Shown one piece after another: positions 32,249 through 41,940 of a stretch of DNA of 64,000 nt. Origin of the DNA: Syntrophales bacterium (GTDB lineage Bacteria > Desulfobacterota > Syntrophia > Syntrophales > UBA2210). Each line of letters opens with the position of its first letter. Within the stretch, counting starts at the first letter, position 1. The stretch spans positions 1,248,001-1,312,000 of the forward strand of contig CAXXKT010000001.1 of the NCBI GenBank assembly GCA_963662405.2, read 5' to 3'. A program made the translations under genes and the position numbers. The notes beneath the pieces are model-generated. The model made no database searches. It saw only the letters and a program-made list of their open reading frames with translations, and was not told the origin of the DNA.

Positions 32249-32593
32249 TTATTGTTCTGACGTGGTTTCCGGATACCGGGCCTTCACCGTCGTGGAGATC
32301 CCCCCGCGGACGTTGAAGGCCCCCGCCACCTCGACCCGGCGGGGGCGGATGGTCTCAACGAAGTCGTCGAGGATCCGGTTGACCGCCTCCTCGTGGAAGA
32401 TCCCCCGGTCGCGGTAGGAGTGCAGGTATAGTTTGAGAGACTTGAGCTCGACCAGGAAGGCGTCGGGCACGTACGTTATCAGGATCTCGGCGAAGTCGGG
32501 CTGACCCGTCTTCGGGCAGAGGCAGGTGAATTCCGGGGAGCGGATGACTACCTCGTACTCACGCTCTTTGTAGATGTTTTCTATCGCTTCCAT
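32249..32593 (-). CDS. queF: preQ0 (7-cyano-7-deazaguanine) reductase
   Basis: PEFTCLCPKTGQPDFA, VELKSLKLYL, FHEE, VRGGI. Confidence 0.95.
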   Translation of the reverse strand: MEAIENIYKEREYEVVIRSPEFTCLCPKTGQPDFAEILITYVPDAFLVELKSLKLYLHSYRDRGIFHEEAVNRILDDFVETIRPRRVEVAGAFNVRGGISTTVKARYPETTSEQ

Positions 32594-33191
32594 ACCACCT
32601 CACCAGCAGATAACAGAAGGGGGTGTCCAAAAGGGCGATCCCCACCTTGACGATGTACTGACTCATGATCATGACGCCGATCGTCGCCGGGGGGACGGTT
32701 CCCCAGAAGGCGATCCCGATGAAGAGGACCGAATCGATCATCTGCGAGACGATCGTCGAGAGGTTGTTGCGGACCCACAGGTGTCTTCCCGCCGTCCGTT
32801 CCCGCCACCAGTGGAAGGCCCAGATGTCGTGGTTCTGCGCGATCAGATAGGCGATCACCGATGCCAGGACGATCCGCGGTGTCGATCCGAGGATGACATT
32901 GTAGGCCTCCTGATGTCCCCAGAAACCCGCCGGGGGCAGGAGCCTGCCGACCAGGATGGCGATGACCATGAAGAGAGACAGATAGAACCCCGTCATGACC
33001 AGAGAACCGGCGCTCTTCTTACCCTCCACCTCGGCCACGACGTCGGTAAAGAGAAAGGTGAGCGGATACAGGATGATCGCCGCCGGGAGGATCAGTCCTC
33101 CCACCATGATGATCTTCGAGGCCAGGATGTTGGCCAACAGCAGGGAGGCCACGAAGAGATACTTTATCGATTGAATATTTGATGGACCCAT
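32559..33191 (-). CDS. yhhQ: Queuosine precursor transporter (YhhQ/VUT family)
   Basis: ANILASK, YPLTFLFTDV, RIVLAS, LWVRNNLST, SQMIDS; overlaps queF. Confidence 0.9.
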   Translation of the reverse strand: MGPSNIQSIKYLFVASLLLANILASKIIMVGGLILPAAIILYPLTFLFTDVVAEVEGKKSAGSLVMTGFYLSLFMVIAILVGRLLPPAGFWGHQEAYNVILGSTPRIVLASVIAYLIAQNHDIWAFHWWRERTAGRHLWVRNNLSTIVSQMIDSVLFIGIAFWGTVPPATIGVMIMSQYIVKVGIALLDTPFCYLLVRWYGSDRKHLQRA

Positions 33192-33311
33192 ATTACATTT
33201 TCATTGCACAAGCTTCATAAATGAGGGTAAGAGGAATATCACCGCGACAGGAATTATGTCAATTGATTTTTCTGAAGATTACCGGTAATAAGACCCGGAT
33301 TGGCGAGGGAC

Positions 33312-33942
33312 ATGGACGAGACGTATCGTGAGGAGAGGTATAATTACCTGTCGGATGCCGCGGCAGCTATGGATGATGGGCGGTACGACGACGCGATTGC
33401 CCGCGCGGATGCCCGGCTGAAGGACATTCCGGGAGACATGGACGCTCGCCTCGTGAGGGCCGCGTGTCTTGCCCGAATGGGGCATCCGATGGAGGCGTCT
33501 GAAATCGTTGAAGAATGGCAGGCTCTCCTGCGGGAACAGTCCCGGATCTATGAAATCCTTGGAGACTCCTACCGCCGAGGGGGGATGACCGCGGAGGCGA
33601 TCCGTTCCTACGAGCGCTTCATGGGGCTGAATGCCGGGACCGATGAGGCAGAGAGGGTATCCGAAAAGATCGGCGCATTGCGGGTCTCCGATGTGGACAA
33701 TGGTGAAGGGGGAACTTCTCCGCGGTCGGAAGACTTTTACACCATAACCCTGGCCAGGCTGTATGTGAAGCAGGGGACACTTCCTGATGGCCCGGGACGT
33801 GATCGACAAGGTGCTGGAACGGGACCCGGACAGCCCCGATGCCCGCGAATATGCCGGCCTCATCGATCGGTTGGTCGAGCAAGGATGGGATCCGGTGGTT
33901 GATGAATTGAACAGGTGGCTCAGTGTGCTCCACGGACAATGA
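33312..33942 (+). pseudogene. Tetratricopeptide-repeat protein with a +1 frameshift (real or sequencing error)
   Basis: After TLARLYVKQG, removing one G from GGGG (33773-33776) continues HFLMARDVIDKVLERDP...ELNRWLSVLHGQ* and completes the TPR. Confidence 0.75.
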
Positions 33943-35023
33943 AACCCATACGAGCCCGCAGCTGGAGGAGCGGATCCGGCGTGTGCGGGAGATCCTTTCC
34001 CGCTGTGATGTCGAGGGGATCTTTTTCTTCGGGGAGGCCAATATTCGGTACCTGACCGGTTTTACCGGAAGCGACGGGGTCCTCTTTCTGGGGACGGACC
34101 GGTTGGTCCTCCTGGTGGACGGGCGGTATACGACCCAGGCGAGAAGAGAGGTGGCGTGTGATATCAGCGAGTTCAGCGATCGAACGGAGGGAATGGCCCG
34201 ATTGATCGCCGACAGGGGGGTGAAGCGGGTGGGCCTCGAATCCGCGATCATGACCTTGCGCGACTACCACGCCTTCAAAGACCGGGTGGACGGGATCGCC
34301 CTCAAACCCCTGTCGGGAGAGATAGAGCATATACGGGTCGTCAAGGATGCCGGTGAGCGTAAGCTGCTTCGCGAGGCCGCACGGATCGCCGCCGCGGCGC
34401 TGACGGAGATCCTGGGAGATATCTCTCCCGGTATGGCCGAATGGGAGATCGCCGTGCGCCTGGAGCGCGCAATGCGGCAGGGCGGGGGAGAGAGGCCTTC
34501 CTTCGAGACGATTGTGGCCTCCGGAAGCAACTCCGCTCTTCCCCATGCGACCCCCGGTCGCCGGGAGATACGGGAGGGCGATTTCGTCACCATCGACTAC
34601 GGGACCGTCTGGGGCGGGTATCATTCGGATGAGACCTGCACCGTCGCCGTGGGAGAGATAACGGAGGAGCAGGCTGCCGTGTATGCCGTCGTCAGGGAGG
34701 CACATGACCGGGCAATCGATCGGGTAAGGGCGGGGGTCCCCTGTCGCGATATCGATACCGCCGCACGGGGGCATATCGATACAGCGGGGTACGGCGATTA
34801 TTTTGTACATGGAACGGGGCACGGTGTGGGGCTGGAGGTTCATGAGTCTCCCCGACTCTCCGGACGAGCCGATGATATCCTGGAGGAGGGCATGGTCGTT
34901 ACGGTGGAACCGGGGGTCTATATCCCCGGCCGGTGGGGGGTGCGGATCGAAGATACCGTTATGGTGGGGAGGGACGGATGCGAGATCCTGACCAGGATGT
35001 CGAAGGATCTGAAAATACTATAA
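33923..35023 (+). CDS. Xaa-Pro peptidase (M24 family)
   Basis: YLTGFTGS, ALPH, YHSDETCT, HGTGHGVG, TVEPG, GVRIED. Confidence 0.93.
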   Translation: MCSTDNETHTSPQLEERIRRVREILSRCDVEGIFFFGEANIRYLTGFTGSDGVLFLGTDRLVLLVDGRYTTQARREVACDISEFSDRTEGMARLIADRGVKRVGLESAIMTLRDYHAFKDRVDGIALKPLSGEIEHIRVVKDAGERKLLREAARIAAAALTEILGDISPGMAEWEIAVRLERAMRQGGGERPSFETIVASGSNSALPHATPGRREIREGDFVTIDYGTVWGGYHSDETCTVAVGEITEEQAAVYAVVREAHDRAIDRVRAGVPCRDIDTAARGHIDTAGYGDYFVHGTGHGVGLEVHESPRLSGRADDILEEGMVVTVEPGVYIPGRWGVRIEDTVMVGRDGCEILTRMSKDLKIL

Positions 35024-35042
35024 ATGAGTGAGGATTTAACGT

Positions 35043-35438
35043 ATGTCGTTTCCAGATGATTTAATTTACAGTAGCGAGCATACATGGGCGAGGATTGACG
35101 GAGACATAGTGACGGTGGGGATCACCGACTACGCCCAGGACAAACTGGACGAGATCCTCTCGCTGGAATTGTACCCGGTCGATTCGTCGGTCGAACAGGG
35201 GGAACCCTTCGGGGTGATCGAATCCGTCAAGGTAACCACCGAACTGATCTCTCCCGTGAGCGGAGACATCGTCAGTGTCAATGAGGACCTTGCCGACGAT
35301 GTGGGTATCCTCAACAGTGATACGTATGATACGGGATGGATGATCACCGTCGAGATAAGCGATACGGGCGAACTCGATAACCTCATGGATGCGGAGGAAT
35401 ACGCGGATTACATAGAAGCGAATGAGGAGGAAGAGTAA
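35043..35438 (+). CDS. gcvH: Glycine cleavage H-like lipoyl carrier protein
   Basis: EHTW, GITDYAQ, IESVK (lipoyl Lys), SPVSG. Confidence 0.9.
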   Translation: MSFPDDLIYSSEHTWARIDGDIVTVGITDYAQDKLDEILSLELYPVDSSVEQGEPFGVIESVKVTTELISPVSGDIVSVNEDLADDVGILNSDTYDTGWMITVEISDTGELDNLMDAEEYADYIEANEEEE

Positions 35439-35443
35439 GGTCG

Positions 35444-36271
35444 GTGGACACCTGGAGATTGCTCCCGTTCAGGCGATATGATCCCTTTGAGAACATGGCC
35501 ATCGACGAGGCCCTGTTCCGGGTACACCAGCAGGAAGGGGGATCCCCGGTCCTCCGGTTTTTCGGTTGGAAAGACCCGGCCGTCTCACTTGGCTATTTCC
35601 AGGACGTTGAAGCGGAGATTAATGGTGAGTATTGTCGCGACAAAGGAATCAAGATCGTCCGGCGGCCGACGGGGGGGAAGGGGGTGCTCCACGGCGGAGA
35701 CCTGACCTATTCCCTTGTGGCCCGGGAGAACACGCCCCTGTTTTCCCCCGACATCATTGAAACGTACCGAACCGTGAGCAGATGCCTCATACGGGGTCTT
35801 GACCGGTCCGGGGTTGCAGTGGAGATCGTCAAAGAGGGACGGGGCGGGTCCGGGCCGGGAGGCGGGTTCTGCTTTACCACCCCGTACAAGAATGAAATTC
35901 TTGCGGGGGGGAGAAAGATCTGCGGCAGTGCCCAGATACGGGCGCGGGGCGTCTTCCTCCAGCATGGGTCCGTCCTGATTGATTTCGACCTCCACACGGC
36001 CTGCGCGGCAATGGGAAAAAGAGGAGACCCCAACCTCAAGGCGCTAAAAATCGCGTCTGCCGTCACCTCTGTCCGCGAGACGGTCGGGAAGGATATCGGC
36101 ATCGATACCTTGTGCCGGAATATCAGGGCCGGATTCGAAGAGATCCTGCAGGTGAGGCTGGTAGAGGGCGCGCTCTCCCCCGAGGAAGAGGCCCTGAAGG
36201 CCCGGCTTCTTGAAGAGAAATATCACTCTGACGAATGGAATATGAAAGGACGGGGAGGACGTGGATATTGA
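35444..36271 (+). CDS. Lipoate-protein ligase / octanoyltransferase (LplA/LipM family)
   Basis: NMAIDEAL, VRRPTGG, DLTYS, CF, GRKICGSAQ, LQHGS. Confidence 0.9.
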   Translation: MDTWRLLPFRRYDPFENMAIDEALFRVHQQEGGSPVLRFFGWKDPAVSLGYFQDVEAEINGEYCRDKGIKIVRRPTGGKGVLHGGDLTYSLVARENTPLFSPDIIETYRTVSRCLIRGLDRSGVAVEIVKEGRGGSGPGGGFCFTTPYKNEILAGGRKICGSAQIRARGVFLQHGSVLIDFDLHTACAAMGKRGDPNLKALKIASAVTSVRETVGKDIGIDTLCRNIRAGFEEILQVRLVEGALSPEEEALKARLLEEKYHSDEWNMKGRGGRGY

Positions 36272-37322
36272 GAAGGTCATAAAAGAGGGGATACGCTCAC
36301 AGAACGCATACCCCGCCGAGGAGCAGCCCTACCGTATCAAACTTGATGCCAATGAGAACCCGTATCCGCTTCCCCTTTCCCTGAAGCGCGTTATCTTCGA
36401 ACGCCTGGAAGGGGTGTCTCTCAACCGCTATCCAACCCCCGGATCCCCGGGCCTGAGAGCGGCTTTTGCCCGTTACTATGGCGTGGACGAAGAGATGATC
36501 CTCATGGGGAATGGGTCGGACGAGCTGATCCAGATCCTGCTCACGGCCGTCGGTGGTCCCGCGCCCTGCCGTATCCTCTTCCCGACCCCCACCTTCGCGA
36601 TGTACCGGATCGGTGCCCTGAACGCGGGACACGGGGTCGTGGAGATCCCCTTGAACAATCGCTTCGACCTGGATGCGGAGGCCATGCTTGCCGCGATAGC
36701 CGAGACACATCCCCCCCTTACAATCCTCAGCTACCCCAACAATCCCACGGGGGGATGCTTCGACAGGGAGGTAATCGAGCGGATCCTGGCGGCGTCCGAT
36801 GGTCTCGTGGTGATCGATGAGGCCTACGGCAATTTTTCGGGGAAGACCTTTCTTCCCGATCTCGGCCGATGGGATAATCTGGTTATCCTGAGGACCCTCT
36901 CCAAGATAGGGCTGGCGGCCCTGAGGTTGGGGATTCTCGTCGCATCCCCTTCGCTGGTTCATCAGCTGAATAAGGTGCGGCTCCCCTATAATGTGAATAT
37001 CTTCTCGCAGGTGGTCGGTGAGGTCTTTGTCGAATACCGAGAGACATTTCTGGAATCGGTTGACAGAATTCGTGCGGACAGGAAATGGCTTTCGGACGAA
37101 CTGGCGGCGATCGACGGGATCACCCCGTACCCGTCGGACGCAAACTTTATCCTTTTTAGTTGTGCTACGAGAAAAGATGATATATACGAACATTTGGTTG
37201 ATAAGGGGATCCTAGTCAAGACATTTACGTCCCCTGCCGCTCTCGGAGACTGCATGCGGGTCACGGTCGGCACAACGGGGGAAAACAGGGCGTTTATCGA
37301 GGCCCTGAGAGATATTCTGTAG
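36261..37322 (+). CDS. hisC: Histidinol-phosphate aminotransferase
   Basis: KLDANENP, GNGSDELI, PNNPTG, DEAY, RTLSK, LRLG. Confidence 0.93.
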   Translation: MDIEKVIKEGIRSQNAYPAEEQPYRIKLDANENPYPLPLSLKRVIFERLEGVSLNRYPTPGSPGLRAAFARYYGVDEEMILMGNGSDELIQILLTAVGGPAPCRILFPTPTFAMYRIGALNAGHGVVEIPLNNRFDLDAEAMLAAIAETHPPLTILSYPNNPTGGCFDREVIERILAASDGLVVIDEAYGNFSGKTFLPDLGRWDNLVILRTLSKIGLAALRLGILVASPSLVHQLNKVRLPYNVNIFSQVVGEVFVEYRETFLESVDRIRADRKWLSDELAAIDGITPYPSDANFILFSCATRKDDIYEHLVDKGILVKTFTSPAALGDCMRVTVGTTGENRAFIEALRDIL

Positions 37323-37349
37323 GGAGAGTGATAATTACATAGAGAAACA

Positions 37350-37398
37350 GAGAGGGGTGGATGGCGACTGTGTTGCAGGGTCGTTCTGCCCCTTTTTT
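37350..37398 (+). terminator. Terminator-like hairpin between hisC and rpsU
   Basis: AGGGGTGGA...TCTGCCCCT followed by TTTTT. Confidence 0.6.
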
Positions 37399-37480
37399 GT
37401 GTCTCGGCCACTTATTAATCGACACCGGCTGTTGTTCCCGCGGGAAGCATGCCGTGCGATACGGAAGGAGGTGAAGGTGC

Positions 37481-37681
37481 GTGGAGGTACGAGTATTCGA
37501 TAACGATGTCGAAAAGGCATTGAAGGTCTTGAAGAACAAGCTTTCGAAGAGCGGGTTTTTCAAGGAACTCAAGCTGCGCAGGGCGTACGAAAAGCCGTCC
37601 GTCAAGAAGAAGAGGAAGGCCCTGGAAGCCCGGAGGAGAGTTGCCAAGGCGGCGAGGAGACGCAGGTGGTCTTCCCGATAG
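37481..37681 (+). CDS. rpsU: 30S ribosomal protein S21
   Basis: VEKALKVLK, YEKPS; SD AAGGAGGTGA. Confidence 0.93.
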   Translation: MEVRVFDNDVEKALKVLKNKLSKSGFFKELKLRRAYEKPSVKKKRKALEARRRVAKAARRRRWSSR

Positions 37682-37764
37682 CCGACGGCGCCGCTGTCCT
37701 GTGTGCATAACGGCGAGGTGCAGAGAAGGCGTTCGCCGATCTGTAGTCGTGCTCTGGAGGAGAT

Positions 37765-38418
37765 ATGGAAGAAAAGCAATATCTTGTGGATGCCCTGTCT
37801 GTGGATGAGTCGTGGCGTGTCTTCCGGATCATGGCGGAGTTTGTGGACGCCATCGAAGAGCTCTCACGGGTCGGGCATGCCGTGAGTATCTTCGGGTCGG
37901 CCAGAGATGCCCCGGGAGATATCTATTACGAGAAGGCACGGGAGGTTGCCCGTCTTCTCGGTGCAAAGGGATTCAGTGTCATTACCGGTGGGGGACCCGG
38001 GATCATGGAGGCAGCCAATCGAGGGGCCAGTGAGGCGGGGGCCCCCTCGGTCGGGATGAACATCCAGCTTCCCTTTGAACAAACCCCGAATCCCTACACC
38101 ACAATCAGCATTGCCTACAAGTATTTCTTTATCCGGAAGGTCATGTTTGTCAAGTATGCTATGGCCTATGTCATTCTTCCCGGGGGATTCGGGACCATGG
38201 ATGAACTCTTTGAGGCCCTCACCCTCATCCAGACGAAGCGGATACGGAGCTTTCCGGTTGTTCTCATGGGAAGCGACTACTGGGGTGGATTGATCGACTG
38301 GATCAAGAACACCATGCTCCCGAGGGGAAAGATCTCCGAAGAGGACCTCGATCTGATTCAGGTCATTGACGAACCGGATCAGGTGGTACGACATATCCAG
38401 AAATTCGTTGTACTGTAA
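37765..38418 (+). CDS. LOG-family (TIGR00730) nucleotide phosphoribohydrolase
   Basis: SIFGSAR, ITGGGPGIMEAAN, PGGFGTMDE. Confidence 0.92.
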   Translation: MEEKQYLVDALSVDESWRVFRIMAEFVDAIEELSRVGHAVSIFGSARDAPGDIYYEKAREVARLLGAKGFSVITGGGPGIMEAANRGASEAGAPSVGMNIQLPFEQTPNPYTTISIAYKYFFIRKVMFVKYAMAYVILPGGFGTMDELFEALTLIQTKRIRSFPVVLMGSDYWGGLIDWIKNTMLPRGKISEEDLDLIQVIDEPDQVVRHIQKFVVL

Positions 38419-38423
38419 GCGAC

Positions 38424-39770
38424 ATGGACGCAACACTCAAGAAAGTCCTCGGTGATATCAGCAGGGGGGATGTTTCCCCCTGCTATCTGATCTACGGGGA
38501 TGAAGAATTCCTGGTAGCGGACGCCGTGGGCCGGATCATCGACGTCCTCCTTCCCCCTGACCGGCGAGACCTCGGGCTCTTCCATATGGAAGGAGAAAAC
38601 GAGGAAGTGGACGCCCTCTGTGATTCTCTTCTTATGCCCCCCCTCCTCCCCGGTCGGAAGGTTCTGGTGGTGAGAGGGACACGTCTCTTTCAGTCCCGGG
38701 CGTCATCTCCCAACGTCATCGGTGAAATCAAGACACACCTTGCGGACGACCCCCGGCGGGCCGCACGGGCCTTTCTCTCCCTCATGGAGGTGGCGGGCTG
38801 GTCCGTGGGAGATCTCCGGGACGGACAGTGGAAGAGAATCACCGATGATGAGTGGCGGAGTGCGACCGGAAGCCCGGCGACGGACCGGGGAGAGTGGCTC
38901 CCCGCGGTCCTCGAGCTGTGTGAACGGCTGCAGGTATCAGGGGGCAGGGGGCAGGGGGATGTCAGCAGGTTGGAAGAAGTCTTGAGGGATGGGCTGCCTG
39001 CGGACAACTGTCTCGTCATGACCGCCGCCACCGTTGATAAACGGAAGAAGCTCTTCAAGGAGATTCAAGATATAGGAGTTGTCCTTTCCTTTGTGCAGGC
39101 CAGAAGCGAGTCTGGAAGACAGACCCTGCTTGCGGAGAGGGTAAAAGATGTCCTCGCGGAGCGGGGGAAAAAAATAACACCGGAGGCCCTCCGCGCCCTG
39201 GGAGGGAAGACGGGGTTTGTCCTTCGTGATTCGCTGCAGGAGATCGAGAAGCTGATTGCCTATGTGGGTGACCGGGAGACGGTTGACCGGGGCGATGTCG
39301 ACGCGGTTGTTGAAAAGACCGCGGAGGATTCGGTCTTCAACCTTACAAATGCCATCGTGGAACGAGATGCCGTTGCGGCGCTCCGTACTCTTGGAGATCT
39401 CCTCGACCGGGGGACCAACCATATCCTCATCCTGACGATGATTGCCCGGGAGGTGCGATTTCTCCTTCAGGGGCATATCCTCCTCGCGTCGGGGAAAATT
39501 CCTTCATTGCGCCCGCGTATGGACTATGGCGGTTTTCAGACCGGCATCTACCCGGCGGTCAAGGCCTTGGCGAGGAACAAAGGCACATGGCTCGCGAATC
39601 AGCACCCGTACGTCATCTACAACGCCCTCAGGAATGCCGGTCGGTTTTCCCGGGAAGAACTGATCGGGTATATGGAGCGTCTTGCCGATCTGGATCGTGC
39701 CATGAAGTCCTCCGGTGTCGATCCCGGACTGGCACTGAGAAATCTTCTTATCGTGATGTGCCGCCGATGA
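38424..39770 (+). CDS. holA: DNA polymerase III delta subunit (with internal insertion)
   Basis: YLIYGDEEFL, VDKRKKLFK, EIEKLIAY, VFNLTNAI, DRAMKS. Confidence 0.8.
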   Translation: MDATLKKVLGDISRGDVSPCYLIYGDEEFLVADAVGRIIDVLLPPDRRDLGLFHMEGENEEVDALCDSLLMPPLLPGRKVLVVRGTRLFQSRASSPNVIGEIKTHLADDPRRAARAFLSLMEVAGWSVGDLRDGQWKRITDDEWRSATGSPATDRGEWLPAVLELCERLQVSGGRGQGDVSRLEEVLRDGLPADNCLVMTAATVDKRKKLFKEIQDIGVVLSFVQARSESGRQTLLAERVKDVLAERGKKITPEALRALGGKTGFVLRDSLQEIEKLIAYVGDRETVDRGDVDAVVEKTAEDSVFNLTNAIVERDAVAALRTLGDLLDRGTNHILILTMIAREVRFLLQGHILLASGKIPSLRPRMDYGGFQTGIYPAVKALARNKGTWLANQHPYVIYNALRNAGRFSREELIGYMERLADLDRAMKSSGVDPGLALRNLLIVMCRR

Positions 39771-39823
39771 ACGGGTGAGCAGTGGTCGTTACGCGTCGTG
39801 CCTCTCTGCGGGGATGCCTTGTG

Positions 39824-40345
39824 TCACAGCTTGTACAGGATCCTCCGGATCCGTCGCTCCCGCTTTGAGAGCTTCCGCGCGCTCCCCTTCTTTCTGGTCC
39901 CTGATTCCGGGTACCAATTATCGTCTTCCCCGGGGGACTCCTCGACGAGGGGTAACCATGCCGTGTCCATCCGCCCCTCGAATTCGGGTGATGGTATCGC
40001 CACCCCCCCCGCCCGCTCGGTTGCCTGTGCAACCTCCCTGTCGGAGCTGATGACCACCAGTTCTTTCCCCTTTTCCGTCCGGGCCATCCGCTTGATCACC
40101 TCATCCGCCGTCTCTCCCCTCCGTGAGTAGACAACGGTGACCCCATTTTCCCGGAGGCGTTCTTCATGCGCGCCGCCGCCAGCCCATCCGTCGAAGACCA
40201 CCGTTATGGTGTGCCCCCGTGACTTTCGATACGCGGCGAGCCGGCCTATCAGTTCAGTCCTTCCCTCCTCCAGGCTTCGCTTGTCGATACGCCGGAGGGT
40301 GTCGGATTGTCTGATCAGGTTGTAACCGTCGATAATGATATGCAC
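39824..40345 (-). CDS. NYN-domain (YacP/Rae1-like) ribonuclease
   Basis: IIIDGYNLI, VVFDG, TADEVI, VISSDRE; GTG start at 40345. Confidence 0.85.
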   Translation of the reverse strand: MHIIIDGYNLIRQSDTLRRIDKRSLEEGRTELIGRLAAYRKSRGHTITVVFDGWAGGGAHEERLRENGVTVVYSRRGETADEVIKRMARTEKGKELVVISSDREVAQATERAGGVAIPSPEFEGRMDTAWLPLVEESPGEDDNWYPESGTRKKGSARKLSKRERRIRRILYKL

Positions 40346-40431
40346 GGTGGTGCTTCCTTGCGCGAAAAAGGGGGCGTCCTGTCTGCCGTTCGGAACGTCC
40401 CCGAGATGGTTCCTCACCGGAAGATCGAAGA

Positions 40432-41088
40432 TCATGCCCCCAATATGGTTTTCATCTCTCTGATTGTGCGTGTGTAATCATCGCTGAGAAATATGGCGGA
40501 TCCCGCCACGAAGAGGTCGGCTCCGGCCTCACTAACAGTTGCCATGTTCCGAAGGGTGATCCCCCCGTCCACCTCGAGGAGGACACGGGGGAAGGTGCGG
40601 TCCAGCATTTCCCGTGTTCTTCGTATCTTGGGGAGCATGGTCTCGATAAACGCCTGCCCCCCGAATCCGGGGTTGACCGTCATGATGAGGAGGAGGTCGA
40701 TGTCACCGAGGACCTCTTCAACGGCGCTAAGAGGGGTTGCCGGGTTAAGTGAGACCCCTGCCCGCGCCCCCGTCTCCCTGATCAGGTGAACCGTCCGATG
40801 GAGGTGGCGCGCCGCCTCGGCATGCACGGTAATGATGTCGCTCCCCGCCTCCGCGAAGGCGGAGACATATCGATCGGGTTCTTTGATCATCAGGTGGACA
40901 TCAAGGGGAACACGAGCGATCTTTTTGATGGAGGCCACGACGGGAGGACCGATGGTGATGTTCGGGACGAAGTGTCCGTCCATGACATCGACGTGGATCA
41001 TATCCGCCCCGGCTTCCTCAACGGCCCGGATCTCATCGCCGAGTCTGCTGAAGTCGGCGGAAAGTATGGATGGTGCGATCTGTTTCAT
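40432..41088 (-). CDS. rpe: Ribulose-phosphate 3-epimerase
   Basis: APSILSADF, HVDVMDGHFVPN, DVHLM, VNPGFGGQ, EVDGG. Confidence 0.97.
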   Translation of the reverse strand: MKQIAPSILSADFSRLGDEIRAVEEAGADMIHVDVMDGHFVPNITIGPPVVASIKKIARVPLDVHLMIKEPDRYVSAFAEAGSDIITVHAEAARHLHRTVHLIRETGARAGVSLNPATPLSAVEEVLGDIDLLLIMTVNPGFGGQAFIETMLPKIRRTREMLDRTFPRVLLEVDGGITLRNMATVSEAGADLFVAGSAIFLSDDYTRTIREMKTILGA

Positions 41089-41089
41089 A

Positions 41090-41824
41090 TCAGAATTTCA
41101 TGATGAGTACGTGTATCATCCCCGTGTCAACTTCCTTCAGGGCCAGTCGAAGCTCACGTATCTGTTCTTTCACCTCGCCGGGGAAGAAAATAAAACCGTG
41201 CGATATGTCATTGGGGGGAACCGGTCGTTCTTCGAGTGACCGGTTGCGGAGGTCTTCGCCGATCCGGTGCGGTACTGCCTGATTGGCCAGTCCCGTCGCC
41301 CCCCCCATGGTGAGACCGGCGGCGGCCCCGAGGGCGGCTCCCGCCGCCGTCGATTCACCGACACTCCCGCCGGTGACGATTCCGATCGCGGCCCCGATGA
41401 CTGCACCGGCCGCACCCGCCAAGAGACCGGCCCGCGATCCTTCGGGGAGGACCTCTCCGAGATCCGTCTGCCGCGCGATCCGGTCATAGGCCAACTCCTG
41501 GTTCAGGACCGGCCAGAGGTTACTCGTAACATCCACCAGATAGGTCCGGCTCGCGATGACCTGCAGAGGGTGATTCCCTCGGTTGTCGAAAATCACCTGA
41601 ACGGGGAGTACCCCCCAGCCGACGATATCAAACCCGAAGGCGATCTCCGCCTCTTCGCGGGTGTAGCTCCGCGCCGCCACGGTCGTATTCGCCACCTCGA
41701 TCGCATTGATGTAGGCGTCCGGCATCTTGAAGGGGACCACCGTGCGTTCATACCGTGCACACCCGATTGTCGTACATAGCAGGAAAATCATGACGGCAAC
41801 CCATGCCCTGTCTTTTCGTGTCAT
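41090..41824 (-). CDS. Glycine-zipper lipoprotein of unknown function
   Basis: Lipobox TIGC; G/A zipper GAAGAVIGAAIG...GAALGAAAG. Confidence 0.75.
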   Translation of the reverse strand: MTRKDRAWVAVMIFLLCTTIGCARYERTVVPFKMPDAYINAIEVANTTVAARSYTREEAEIAFGFDIVGWGVLPVQVIFDNRGNHPLQVIASRTYLVDVTSNLWPVLNQELAYDRIARQTDLGEVLPEGSRAGLLAGAAGAVIGAAIGIVTGGSVGESTAAGAALGAAAGLTMGGATGLANQAVPHRIGEDLRNRSLEERPVPPNDISHGFIFFPGEVKEQIRELRLALKEVDTGMIHVLIMKF

Positions 41825-41859
41825 TGCCCCGGTTCCTTTTGTCTGTGATATGTTTAAGG

Positions 41860-41931
41860 ATAATAATATCTTTTGTCATCCCTGTCAATCGGATTGTCGT
41901 GCTTGACAGGAACGGAAAAGGCCAGTATGTT
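41860..41931. promoter_or_regulatory. Back-to-back divergent sigma70 promoters
   Basis: Plus strand TTGACA 41903-41908, 17 nt, TATGTT; minus strand TTGACA 41888-41883, 17 nt, TATTAT. Confidence 0.65.
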
Positions 41932-41940
41932 TCAGCGACT

